A stretch of 34,799 bases of DNA from positions 1 to 34,799 of the IMG/VR virus record IMGVR_UViG_3300030095_001539; one strand, given 5' to 3'. Each line of letters starts with the position of its first letter. Position 1 is the stretch's first letter. The position numbers and the translations under genes are program-made. Source of the stretch: a virus. Lineage: Duplodnaviria > Caudoviricetes. The notes beneath the pieces are model-generated. The model did no database searches. It was not told the DNA's origin and worked only from the letters and a program-made list of their open reading frames with translations. Positions 8,634 through 17,850 of the stretch are shown piece by piece.

Positions 8634-10301
8634 TTAATATGACGATACAACATACTTAGTTCCAGCTGACCAAAGTTCTTTAGCTCCGCCTAGATTTGTT
8701 GTTGCATCTGTTTCTATTGTTACTGTAGCAAAATATCCTTTAATACCAGATATTTGATTTCCAAAAATAATCTCACCAGCTCTAGCTACTGAATTAGATA
8801 TTAAGTTTGAAACATATCTGTTTTCTTTTCTATTGAAACCAGCTCTTAAAGGTTGTCCTGTAACGCTGTCTGTGTATAAGCCTTCATCATAACTTCTTAT
8901 AGAAATTAAAGTACTTGGATCTACATAGTTTTTGTCTTGATCTTGAATGTAATTTGAAGTACCCGTAGCTGGATTAGGATCAAATCCTGTAAAGCCAGAA
9001 ACAAATGAAGTAACTTCCCAACCATTACTACCCTCGTAAGAAGCGGTTTGAAAGTTTTTGACTATTGAGGACTGATCGTTAAATATGAAAGTAACATTAG
9101 AAGGTTTTCTTACTCCATAAAATAAGCCCCTACTACTAGATGTATCATCATAATGCTTGTATAAAGTAGAGTTTTGTACACTATAAAAGTTATTTAAAAC
9201 ACTAAAAATAAAATTTGGTTTAAATGTAAAAAAGCTAACCCAACCATTTATAGACTCATCAAAAGCTAAAGTATCATAAGTGCTTTCAAGTGTTGATACT
9301 TGATTTGGTGTTTTTTGTATAGATAATACATAGTTTTTGTTATGTATGTCCCATCCACCTATTAACTTACCTCTAGTCTTATAATTAAAAGTTATTTCGC
9401 CTGATAAATTACTACTAAATAATTGTGAATAATATATAATAGTATTACTTCCTGATATAGTTACATATTTTATATGACCAGGATTTTCATATATACTCAT
9501 CCCAGCCGTAATATTTTGACCTGATGTTATACTACTTGTTAATATTGAAACTTTTGTAGTGCTAGTTTGGCCAAAGCCATTTACAGTACCTTTAACTACT
9601 TGGTTAGTAAAGTTACTGTTAACATCAGATAAACTATCTCTAAAATAATCTTGCATGCCATACATGTTTATTTCAGTTAAACCATCATTAGACAGTCTCA
9701 TTATAGCATTTCTATTTTTATCTGCAAAATACTTCCTATAGTTATATATTGCAAATGATTCTGGATTTTTACTTATTCCATATTCTCCTTTATAAGGAAC
9801 AAACTGTCCTATTACAGCTTTACCTGCTTGAGTTTGTGTTCCACTTTCAGTTGTATATATAGTGTCTTTCTCTATTAAAGCTCTATGTATTTTATTTTCT
9901 TGAAAAACTATTAGATTAGTATCTTCAGCATAAGTTTTTTGTATTGAGCCGTGTGATGGATCTAAAGATTTAGTTATAGCATCACCTATTGAAAAAACAT
10001 TAGTGTCATTTACACCTGTTCTAGAGTTATAAATACCTGAATATATAAGTGTATTTATTCTTTTTTGTTGTAAAGGATATTGTTCATCTAAATAAGCCCT
10101 AACACCGTTGTCTGTAGCTGTGTTATTATAGCCACCCCTTATTCTAGCTTCTTCTACAAAGTAAGTATTAGTATTAGATGTCGTATTAGTATCTGTACCA
10201 TAAGCAACTCCTGGTGGCATAAAAATTCCCGCATTATTTTTTGTCTGTACTTTTCTTACAATATAAGAATTAAACCATTCTATCTCTAATGTTGCACTCA
10301 T
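8634..10301 (-). CDS. Tail stabilization/nozzle protein, C-terminal-type part (P22 gp10-like family of crAss-like phages)
   Basis: 555 aa, beta-rich; motifs EEARIRGGYN, LIYSGIYNSRTGVN, GEYGISKNPESFA, GWVSFFTF, GIKGYFATV. Confidence 0.75.
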   Translation of the reverse strand: MSATLEIEWFNSYIVRKVQTKNNAGIFMPPGVAYGTDTNTTSNTNTYFVEEARIRGGYNNTATDNGVRAYLDEQYPLQQKRINTLIYSGIYNSRTGVNDTNVFSIGDAITKSLDPSHGSIQKTYAEDTNLIVFQENKIHRALIEKDTIYTTESGTQTQAGKAVIGQFVPYKGEYGISKNPESFAIYNYRKYFADKNRNAIMRLSNDGLTEINMYGMQDYFRDSLSDVNSNFTNQVVKGTVNGFGQTSTTKVSILTSSITSGQNITAGMSIYENPGHIKYVTISGSNTIIYYSQLFSSNLSGEITFNYKTRGKLIGGWDIHNKNYVLSIQKTPNQVSTLESTYDTLAFDESINGWVSFFTFKPNFIFSVLNNFYSVQNSTLYKHYDDTSSSRGLFYGVRKPSNVTFIFNDQSSIVKNFQTASYEGSNGWEVTSFVSGFTGFDPNPATGTSNYIQDQDKNYVDPSTLISIRSYDEGLYTDSVTGQPLRAGFNRKENRYVSNLISNSVARAGEIIFGNQISGIKGYFATVTIETDATTNLGGAKELWSAGTKYVVSSY

Positions 10302-10315
10302 GTTTATTTTTTAAA

Positions 10316-13282
10316 TTATTCACTAACTGGGGTTACTGGTGGATCTGGAGCTACAGGTGAAGCGGTTGATCCTATTGCAACAGCGTTGTTTAAATCAGAT
10401 ATTAATCCAGATGTTGAAGTTTCCCAAAATATTTCTAACCTAGATTCTGCAGGTTTTATTTCAAAAATTCCTAAAGCAACATTTTTGTCTCCTGATTTTC
10501 CTATTATTTGACCATCTGGCATTGTTAATATTATAGCGGGAGGATCACTAGCCGCAGCATAAACACCTTCTGATTGTACTGGCGTTTTTCTAGTACCATT
10601 ACTATCTAGCTCTGCTAAGCCTATGTCTGTTATTTTGCCATATGCGTTTATTGACGCTGTTGTTGTGCCAAAATAAAATTGAGTTGGAACATATACAGTA
10701 CTTATTAAACTAGTAGTAGAGCCTACTCTAGGATATAGCTCAACGTCGCTAGTGCCAAATTGAGTTTGCTCAGGGCCTACGGCATTTAAATCAGCTGGAA
10801 TTTTATTAACATTGTCAGATATTAAACTTGTTACAAAACTATTTTGTGAAAATGTATACCCACCACTATCAGTAGTACCTCCGTCATTTGAAACTATAGC
10901 AGAAGATGTAGATATTGTAGAGATATTTCCTACATAAGCATTGTAATAATCTCCAGCTTGTTGCTTAACTACTATTTTATATGAATACCAACCTAGTTTA
11001 TTTTCATCTTTAAATATTGTAACATTATATGATGCTGTAGCTTGGTTTGTTATCTCATCAGCAATTGTTATTCTCGATGTAGTAGTGTTTACTGAAGTAA
11101 TACTAGTTATAACTCTACCTGCATCACCCGTAGGTACTTGAATAATGTCACCCACTTGATAATTTGATATTGTTCCTACTGTATACTGTGTTCCACTATT
11201 ATTAACGGTAAATGTACCTATTATAGTTGGCGCTTGATACAGTCCAGGATAACCTTCAGCATAACTAGCTGTAGAAGGTATTGCATTTCTCATTAATAAT
11301 CTTATAGCATCACCTTTCCAGTTCTGCGGGTTATTTGATAATTTAGATTTATATGGATGGTATATGGTTGAACCATCATAAACAGTTGTTCCACCATCTT
11401 GGCTTTGTTGGAAGTCAGTTATAGAAGATAAAATAACATCTGACTGTCTACCATATCTATCAGCTAATACTATACCTATTTGATAAGTTCTATTTTGCTT
11501 TACGGTATGTGTAGGGTATGATATACAAGAGTTATTATATATGTCTCCACTAGCAGCGGAAGTTGGATTAACGCTAGTTGCCTTTTGAAATATTTGAACG
11601 TTGTAATCTAAGTTTTCTGGTGGCGTGTGCTTATTTACAAAATTACCATAAACTATTCTATTGCCTACAGAACTTTGTGACAATGCTCTAATAGGAACCT
11701 TGTCGAAAACTCTAGTTGTTTCATTAGCAGGTAAAGTTCTAAAAGGTTTTCTTGATTGGTAGTTGTAAATAAAATTTTTAGTATCATTGTCACTACCGTC
11801 TGGATTTTTTGAAAAAACAGATGAATCTATAGTTTCTAAAACCTGTATAGCAAGTCCATCAGATTCTTTGTATAAAATATCTAATTCTATTACTTTTAAA
11901 TTAGGCTCAAGAGCACTCCAATTGTAAGGACTAGGTACGTTGAGTTGTATTGAATTTACAGAGTTTTCAAAAAACGGTAATATAGTGCTTGCCATTATTG
12001 CAGTTTCTCCAAACTCTTGTTTAGGTATTAATGTTCCTGCAGAATTAAAGTTTTCTACAGCTCTATCAGATATATATCCATCTTGAAAAGGTATAAAAAC
12101 AGGTTGAGTAAAAGGTGATATTAAAGAATATTCTCCATCTTCAAATTTAAATCTATAAGCAAATCTTGAAAATTTATCTTTTAAAAAATCATTATCACCA
12201 GGAAATGTGTTTATGTAATCTGGATTAGGCCAACTAAGTTCAGCTACAACTGCAGCAAAACCAGTTAGATTATTAGGTATACCATGAGCCCCGCTCAATT
12301 GAAGAGTTTCATAACCTCCAGCAGTGGTTATAGCTGTTACTGTTGGTAAGTTATTAGGGTCAGTGTAACCAATAGCGTTAAATCTCATTGTAGTTTTGCA
12401 TGTTGAACTAGCGTTTTGCAACTTACATGATGTAGTACTTACAAACGCGGTAGATCCTAGACCAACAACAATAATAGAAGGAGGCAAAAACTCATCATTA
12501 GCATTTTGAGCAGATTTTTCTATAAGTTGAATTGTTGACTCGTTTTTAGAACCAATAGTGGATGTGGTGGTAAATTGGTAAGGTGAAGTATATTTTACTG
12601 TTTGTACATAAGCAGCAGTTCCTGCAATATTCATATTAGCTCTACAATTGTCTCTAGTTAAAACAGTGGTAGTAGTATAAGTTGTGCCACTACCAGAAAC
12701 ACTACTTATAGATATATTATTATATAGCTTAATAGGTTCGTATGGATAATATTTCGCTACTGATATTTGATCTTCTGAGTTATAATGATCTTGAGAATCA
12801 ATAGCTTTATCTACATTTATTTTTCTTGGCTGATTACGATTATCTGTAAAAAACAATAAGTTTTCTATTAAATTTACGCCAAAAACTGGAGATGTTTTAG
12901 AAAAATTTAAAAACCTACCAGTAACTAAAGTATTAGTTGTGTTATTGGTTAAGTCTCTCATTATGATATAATGTAAACTATTATATGGCGCAACATTACT
13001 TAACATATCTAAAGAGGTATCTGTATAATCAGTGACAAAGAAGAAAGCTCTATTATTGCCATCGTCTTCTAAATAACCTATAACTTCTAATCCACTTTGA
13101 GACGAAGGTAAATTAGCTACTAAAGTATTACCTAAAACATTTTCTAAAGCACCAACATCATCTCCCTCTGATCTACTTATATTTACATTTTGAGCATTTC
13201 TATATTCTCCATTAGATAAAAGTCTATCGTCAAGATCTTTGTTCATCTTTGACTTAGTAAAAGTATTTTTTATTTCTGGCAT
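10316..13282 (-). CDS. Tail stabilization/nozzle protein, N-terminal-type part
   Basis: 988 aa; N-terminus MPEIKNTFTKSKMNKDLDDRLLSNGEYRNAQNV, plus LLFFTDNRNQPRKINV, RFAYRFKFEDGEYS and VKQNRTYQIGIVLADRYGRQS, characteristic of crAss-like tail proteins. Confidence 0.8.
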   Translation of the reverse strand: MPEIKNTFTKSKMNKDLDDRLLSNGEYRNAQNVNISRSEGDDVGALENVLGNTLVANLPSSQSGLEVIGYLEDDGNNRAFFFVTDYTDTSLDMLSNVAPYNSLHYIIMRDLTNNTTNTLVTGRFLNFSKTSPVFGVNLIENLLFFTDNRNQPRKINVDKAIDSQDHYNSEDQISVAKYYPYEPIKLYNNISISSVSGSGTTYTTTTVLTRDNCRANMNIAGTAAYVQTVKYTSPYQFTTTSTIGSKNESTIQLIEKSAQNANDEFLPPSIIVVGLGSTAFVSTTSCKLQNASSTCKTTMRFNAIGYTDPNNLPTVTAITTAGGYETLQLSGAHGIPNNLTGFAAVVAELSWPNPDYINTFPGDNDFLKDKFSRFAYRFKFEDGEYSLISPFTQPVFIPFQDGYISDRAVENFNSAGTLIPKQEFGETAIMASTILPFFENSVNSIQLNVPSPYNWSALEPNLKVIELDILYKESDGLAIQVLETIDSSVFSKNPDGSDNDTKNFIYNYQSRKPFRTLPANETTRVFDKVPIRALSQSSVGNRIVYGNFVNKHTPPENLDYNVQIFQKATSVNPTSAASGDIYNNSCISYPTHTVKQNRTYQIGIVLADRYGRQSDVILSSITDFQQSQDGGTTVYDGSTIYHPYKSKLSNNPQNWKGDAIRLLMRNAIPSTASYAEGYPGLYQAPTIIGTFTVNNSGTQYTVGTISNYQVGDIIQVPTGDAGRVITSITSVNTTTSRITIADEITNQATASYNVTIFKDENKLGWYSYKIVVKQQAGDYYNAYVGNISTISTSSAIVSNDGGTTDSGGYTFSQNSFVTSLISDNVNKIPADLNAVGPEQTQFGTSDVELYPRVGSTTSLISTVYVPTQFYFGTTTASINAYGKITDIGLAELDSNGTRKTPVQSEGVYAAASDPPAIILTMPDGQIIGKSGDKNVALGIFEIKPAESRLEIFWETSTSGLISDLNNAVAIGSTASPVAPDPPVTPVSE

Positions 13283-13284
13283 AA

Positions 13285-14439
13285 TCAGTGTTTAATCCAT
13301 TTAGATTTACCACGCATTACTTGAACTATTTCATCAAGTTTTATATTTGATAACCTTATTTTAGCATTTCTTAATTTTGCTGATCTTTCTCTTTGGTATC
13401 TTTGAACGATGTATTCTGGGATGTTTGTTTTTGTTGATAGTATAGAATGATTAATATGAGCATATAATGCGTCCTCGGCCATCTTAGGCACCTTAGAATC
13501 TATGTCATAGGCTAATCCATCTGAAATATATTCTAAAACTATAAGTTTATTAGCTAAATCACTAGAAAAAGTAAATTTACCTTCTCTTTCATTTATTTGA
13601 AACCAACCATTCATTTGTGAAACTTGTGGATCTAAACCATATCTTTGTCCATAAGTTAATTTCCACCAATCTCTACTATATACATTAACATCGTTTTCGT
13701 CAATATTTCCAGTTATATCTTTATCACTAGCTGTATTCCATTTTTCTTCTGTTAAAGATTGATCTGCTTGAATATTTTTACTAAAATTGTCTTGGATTGG
13801 GACTCCTGATTCATCTTGCAATGGTAAAGTAAAAGGTGAGGATGTTAGATTATTAACTGGATATATTATGTGTTGAACACCACTGCTGTCTATCCATGAA
13901 CATCTAACGTAGTTTACATAGTCTTGTGGTATTGGAACACCTAAACCAGGAGGTATTGTTAATTCTTGAGATTTAATACTTTTTAAAGTATCATAACTAA
14001 ACTCTTGTAAACCTCTTTTAGCGTGGAATATAACATCAGTTCTGCTAATTCTATTTATTAATTTATCTTCGCCAACGTAGGCTACTATAAAGTTGTTTAT
14101 AATATCGTTTAGACTAGTATACTCGTAACTACCGTAATTTCCCTCTATTGCAGGATTTTTTAACTGTATGTAAGTAGATCCAGTATATGGACCATTCCTA
14201 AGTGTTATTATATTACTAGATGGATTAGATACGTAAGATAAATTTTCTGCTTGAGCAACACCATTTATATATATAGTGTAATTAGAAGCAGATGAAACCA
14301 TACCGCCAGCACTGTCAAAAGCGCTAACAACATCAACATTAAAAGTACAATTAAAAGTTGGGTTTGATTCACCTGCTAAATTAGGAAATGTTTGTTGACC
14401 TGAATAGTATTGAGCGTTAGTTTCAGTTATTAGTCCCAT
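13285..14439 (-). CDS. Tail ring/tubular protein type B (long copy)
   Basis: 384 aa; SLNDIINNFIVAYVGEDKLI...DVIFHAKRGLQEFSYD...PKMAEDALYA...LRNAKIRLS; paralog of 15247-15834. Confidence 0.7.
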   Translation of the reverse strand: MGLITETNAQYYSGQQTFPNLAGESNPTFNCTFNVDVVSAFDSAGGMVSSASNYTIYINGVAQAENLSYVSNPSSNIITLRNGPYTGSTYIQLKNPAIEGNYGSYEYTSLNDIINNFIVAYVGEDKLINRISRTDVIFHAKRGLQEFSYDTLKSIKSQELTIPPGLGVPIPQDYVNYVRCSWIDSSGVQHIIYPVNNLTSSPFTLPLQDESGVPIQDNFSKNIQADQSLTEEKWNTASDKDITGNIDENDVNVYSRDWWKLTYGQRYGLDPQVSQMNGWFQINEREGKFTFSSDLANKLIVLEYISDGLAYDIDSKVPKMAEDALYAHINHSILSTKTNIPEYIVQRYQRERSAKLRNAKIRLSNIKLDEIVQVMRGKSKWIKH

Positions 14440-14463
14440 ATTTATTTTCTTTTAATATTAAAT

Positions 14464-15237
14464 TTATTTATCTGCAAGTTCTTGAGCTGCTGCTTGAACT
14501 ATTTGAGGATCTCTTATTACTACTCCAGCATATTTAAGTATTTCTAGTATAACTTCAGTCTGGTAGTTACTACTTATTTCAAAATCTACAGATCCAGTGG
14601 TAGGTATAATACCAGTGCCTGTGCTAGATGGTTGATACACATAGTTACCCAGAGTTGAGTTTACGCTATAAGCCCAAACAACATTTTTAGGTTTTCTTAT
14701 AAAACTTGCTTCTACGTTTGCTGTAATATTACTAGGTTTTATTGTTAATTCTTTATTCTCATATAGATATACAGGGTAGTTTGCAGTAGGCGCTGTTAAA
14801 TCTGATCTATCTATATTGTAAAAATAATCTCTTTGTAGTCTTTCTATTTCTACAGGTTTAGTAGATCCAAAAGTGACTGTTCCTAATCTATAAAAAGCAA
14901 ATTGATTAGATGCAGGAGCATCATCATAAACAACAGCTGTGTTTGTTAATAAATCTACAGTTGGTGTAGTAAACCGCGAAGAACTTTGGTATGTACATGC
15001 ACCTAAGCATTTAAATGTAGATAACTCATCATCAATATTTTCTATAGGATTACTATAGTCAAATTCATTTTGAGGTATTCTTAATTGCTTGTCTAAATCT
15101 TTAAAATAATTTTCAAATATATCTAACTGAACTTGAGTAGCTGCTTGATTAAACTCATATGGAGTTAAGTAACCACGCTGTTCTTTGTTAAGTATACTCA
15201 ACACCGTTGTGTACACTGTGTTTACGTTAATCGCCAT
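14464..15237 (-). CDS. Tail ring/adaptor protein type A
   Basis: 257 aa; MAINVNTVYTTVLSILNKEQRGYLTPYEFN...SVDFEI...ILKYAGVVIRD; paralog of 15840-16559. Confidence 0.7.
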   Translation of the reverse strand: MAINVNTVYTTVLSILNKEQRGYLTPYEFNQAATQVQLDIFENYFKDLDKQLRIPQNEFDYSNPIENIDDELSTFKCLGACTYQSSSRFTTPTVDLLTNTAVVYDDAPASNQFAFYRLGTVTFGSTKPVEIERLQRDYFYNIDRSDLTAPTANYPVYLYENKELTIKPSNITANVEASFIRKPKNVVWAYSVNSTLGNYVYQPSSTGTGIIPTTGSVDFEISSNYQTEVILEILKYAGVVIRDPQIVQAAAQELADK

Positions 15238-15246
15238 ATTATTGTT

Positions 15247-15834
15247 TTAATCGAAGTTAGTAAATACCAGTCTTGATTTAGCTCTTTCTAGTTTGTCAGT
15301 TTTTTCTATAAGTAATCTTTGTAATACGTCTGGTCTAGTTTTTTCTCTATTTGCAAGTATAGCATAAATCATACATGCGTATAAAGCTTGTTCCGCTAGC
15401 TTAGGTATAGCAGCAGATTCATCTGTAGTAAGTGCATTTGATAAATATGTCAACGTTGCACTACCAGCATCTCCATATTTAATTGTCTTAGCTGCATAGT
15501 CTATAAAAAACTCTCCACTGGTAAGAGCGGCTAATGTAGAAACCTCAACAAGTGGTGTAGTCGCACTAAAACCAGTGTTTATTGCTGATATTACAGCAAC
15601 AAAATCTGTTGGTAAAGCAATTGCACTTGAAGTTGTCACAGTAGTAGGTCCTTCTGTAAATTGACTTTTTATAGTTTCGTAAGCAAACTCTTGCAAACAT
15701 CTACGAGCATGAAATATAACTTCTGTTCTTATGGCATCTGGTATTAATCTACCAGGTCCAGTATAAGAAATTAAAAAGTTATTTATAATATCATTAAGCG
15801 ATATAAAAGCGTTTGATAAGGGTGTTGTTGCCAT
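15247..15834 (-). CDS. Tail ring/tubular protein type B (short copy)
   Basis: 195 aa; SLNDIINNFLISYTG...EVIFHARRCLQEFAYE...PKLAEQALYA...AKSRL matches 13285-14439. Confidence 0.7.
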   Translation of the reverse strand: MATTPLSNAFISLNDIINNFLISYTGPGRLIPDAIRTEVIFHARRCLQEFAYETIKSQFTEGPTTVTTSSAIALPTDFVAVISAINTGFSATTPLVEVSTLAALTSGEFFIDYAAKTIKYGDAGSATLTYLSNALTTDESAAIPKLAEQALYACMIYAILANREKTRPDVLQRLLIEKTDKLERAKSRLVFTNFD

Positions 15835-15839
15835 AATTT

Positions 15840-16559
15840 TTATTTTTGTCCGTCAATATCTATTTGTTGTTCTTTGCTATTTGCCAACTGTAAAGCTAGC
15901 TGATCCCTAGTCATAACACCTGCATAACCTAGTATTTTATCTACTAACATAGGCTCATCCGATTGATGTAACTCAAAATCTACAGAGCTTTGTGCGTTGT
16001 AAATATAATTACCAAGTTCTGTATCAATAGTGAAACCCCATTTAACGTCTGTTGGATATTTTAAAAAGTTTAACTGAATATCATTTGTTCCATTAACAAT
16101 GGTCGATGGGTATAGCTGTATAACATTGTTTTCATAAGTATATACAGGGTATCTAGTAGTTGGTGCGGTTAGTGGAGATTGATTAGTAGTATAAACCTCG
16201 TGTTTTTGTATTCTTTGAACTTCTCTACCTGCGCTAGATCCTGTTTCAAAATAAACAACATCACCTAGCTCTTGCACCGCTGTTGTTGGGGTTACAGTCC
16301 CAGTAGCAGATGTGCTAAGAGTTTCAACTCTTTTAAATATTTGTATCTTTTCGTCTAATAAAGCATATCTATCAGCGTATGCTAGACTCGTTTGAGGTTG
16401 TCTCAGTAACTGGTTTAGTTCATCAAAATACTCTATGAATATTTCTTGCTGTGCTTGTGTAGCAACTTTGTTGAATTCAGTAGGTGTTAGTACACCTCTT
16501 TTTTCTTGTTGCAATACTACAAGTACAGACTTATATACCTGATTTATGTTTATAGCCAT
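15840..16559 (-). CDS. Tail ring/adaptor protein type A (second copy)
   Basis: 239 aa; MAININQVYKSVLVVLQQEKRGVLTPTEFN...SVDFEL...ILGYAGVMTRD matches 14464-15237. Confidence 0.7.
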   Translation of the reverse strand: MAININQVYKSVLVVLQQEKRGVLTPTEFNKVATQAQQEIFIEYFDELNQLLRQPQTSLAYADRYALLDEKIQIFKRVETLSTSATGTVTPTTAVQELGDVVYFETGSSAGREVQRIQKHEVYTTNQSPLTAPTTRYPVYTYENNVIQLYPSTIVNGTNDIQLNFLKYPTDVKWGFTIDTELGNYIYNAQSSVDFELHQSDEPMLVDKILGYAGVMTRDQLALQLANSKEQQIDIDGQK

Positions 16560-16583
16560 TTTGTTTTTTTATTTTTGCGTATT

Positions 16584-16604
16584 AGGCCCGAGTGAACGGG
16601 CCCT
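16584..16604 (-). other. GC-rich intergenic hairpin (possible terminator or RNA processing/stability element)
   Basis: GGCCCG-TTCACT-CGGGCC in an AT-rich spacer between head and tail genes; no U-tract follows on the minus strand. Confidence 0.5.
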
Positions 16605-16621
16605 TATACTATTGTTACATG

Positions 16622-17419
16622 TTATTTTAGTTTTTTCTCTATTGATTTAAAAACTTCAACACCTTCATCTGTCTTAAACCACGCAGCTAAAGCTGAATAT
16701 GGGTTCTCATCAAAAGGTACTGTCATTAGTTTACGATCATTAGACCCCCAAGAAAACACTCTATTATCACCACTAAGCTTTATTATGTTTGCTTCTCTAG
16801 CTCTAATACCTAAGTTTCTTAGTTGTACGTTTTCATCATTTGCTATAGATATAAACAATGAAGGTTGATTTTTAGCAAATAATAAAAGATCTCTCTTTAA
16901 TTCTTTAGAAGTTAATTCAGATACTTTAGATCCTATTTCAACTCTTAATATAGCCTCTGCAAAATCTGGATCCATTTCCATAGCTGCATTCATTGCTATC
17001 AATTGAACTTCTATATCTTCTACTTCATCTACAGCTTCCTCAACTTTATCATATTCAGAAAATAATATGTTGTTGTGAGGGTGTTTAGATAAAAACTCTT
17101 GTAAATTCCTTTGTTCTTTAGGCACAATAAGCACACCTAGGTCAAATACCACATGCTTTAAAGTAACTTGCCCTTGTTGTTCATCTACAAATATTGACTT
17201 TTGATTTGTAGCGTATCTTAATTCTCTTTCATAACCTTTTTCTGGGTCAAACCAAACTAAAGGGTATTTTCTAGTATGTTTACTAGGTAAAGTATATGTT
17301 AAAGGATTTTTACCTCCTATTAGATAATAATTTCTATCTTTATATTCCCAAGTATCTTTTTTTACTTCAGGTTTTGCTACAGCTTTAGCTGCAGGCTTTT
17401 TCTTTTCTTTTGTTTCCAT
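16622..17419 (-). CDS. Conserved capsid-module protein of crAss-like phages (downstream of MCP)
   Basis: 265 aa; RELRYATNQKSIFVDEQ, LQEFLSKHPHN, ELKRDLLLFAK, ALAAWFKTDEG; conserved position. Confidence 0.6.
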   Translation of the reverse strand: METKEKKKPAAKAVAKPEVKKDTWEYKDRNYYLIGGKNPLTYTLPSKHTRKYPLVWFDPEKGYERELRYATNQKSIFVDEQQGQVTLKHVVFDLGVLIVPKEQRNLQEFLSKHPHNNILFSEYDKVEEAVDEVEDIEVQLIAMNAAMEMDPDFAEAILRVEIGSKVSELTSKELKRDLLLFAKNQPSLFISIANDENVQLRNLGIRAREANIIKLSGDNRVFSWGSNDRKLMTVPFDENPYSALAAWFKTDEGVEVFKSIEKKLK

Positions 17420-17441
17420 AATATAATATAATATAATAATT

Positions 17442-17475
17442 AATAAAGACCCCGCCTAAGCGGGATCTTATTATT
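17442..17475 (-). terminator. Rho-independent terminator after the capsid genes
   Basis: Minus strand AATAAGATCCCGC-TTAG-GCGGGGTCTTTATT: GC stem, 4-nt loop and T-rich tail just after the stop of 17485-17820. Confidence 0.75.
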
Positions 17476-17484
17476 GTTTAATCC

Positions 17485-17820
17485 TTATGAAGGATCAGCA
17501 TCTCCAATAGTTACTGACTTGCAGAACAATCCAGCGCCTAAATCTACTTCAATAGCAGGTCCAGCAGTTCCAGCAGCTAATTCAATAGCGGTATTAATAC
17601 CGTTTCTTGAAGCAGCTGTTAAATCAGCAGCGCTATCAGCAGAATCAGCTCCAGCTATAATAGCTATTAAAAACGTTGGTGTTGCAGCACTTTCAGCAAC
17701 TACGCCGTAAGTAATACCAATGTCTTTGTTAGATGAACTAGGAGCACTAACATGTACGATGTTATCAGCAGGTAATAGATCTACAGATCCATCATATTTT
17801 TTTAACTTTATATATCCCAT
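17485..17820 (-). CDS. Hypothetical protein, possible capsid decoration/auxiliary protein
   Basis: 111 aa Ala-rich ORF between MCP and the terminator, so probably co-expressed with MCP. Confidence 0.5.
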   Translation of the reverse strand: MGYIKLKKYDGSVDLLPADNIVHVSAPSSSNKDIGITYGVVAESAATPTFLIAIIAGADSADSAADLTAASRNGINTAIELAAGTAGPAIEVDLGAGLFCKSVTIGDADPS

Positions 17821-17850
17821 TTTCTTATTTTTTTAAATGTTAATAATTAA

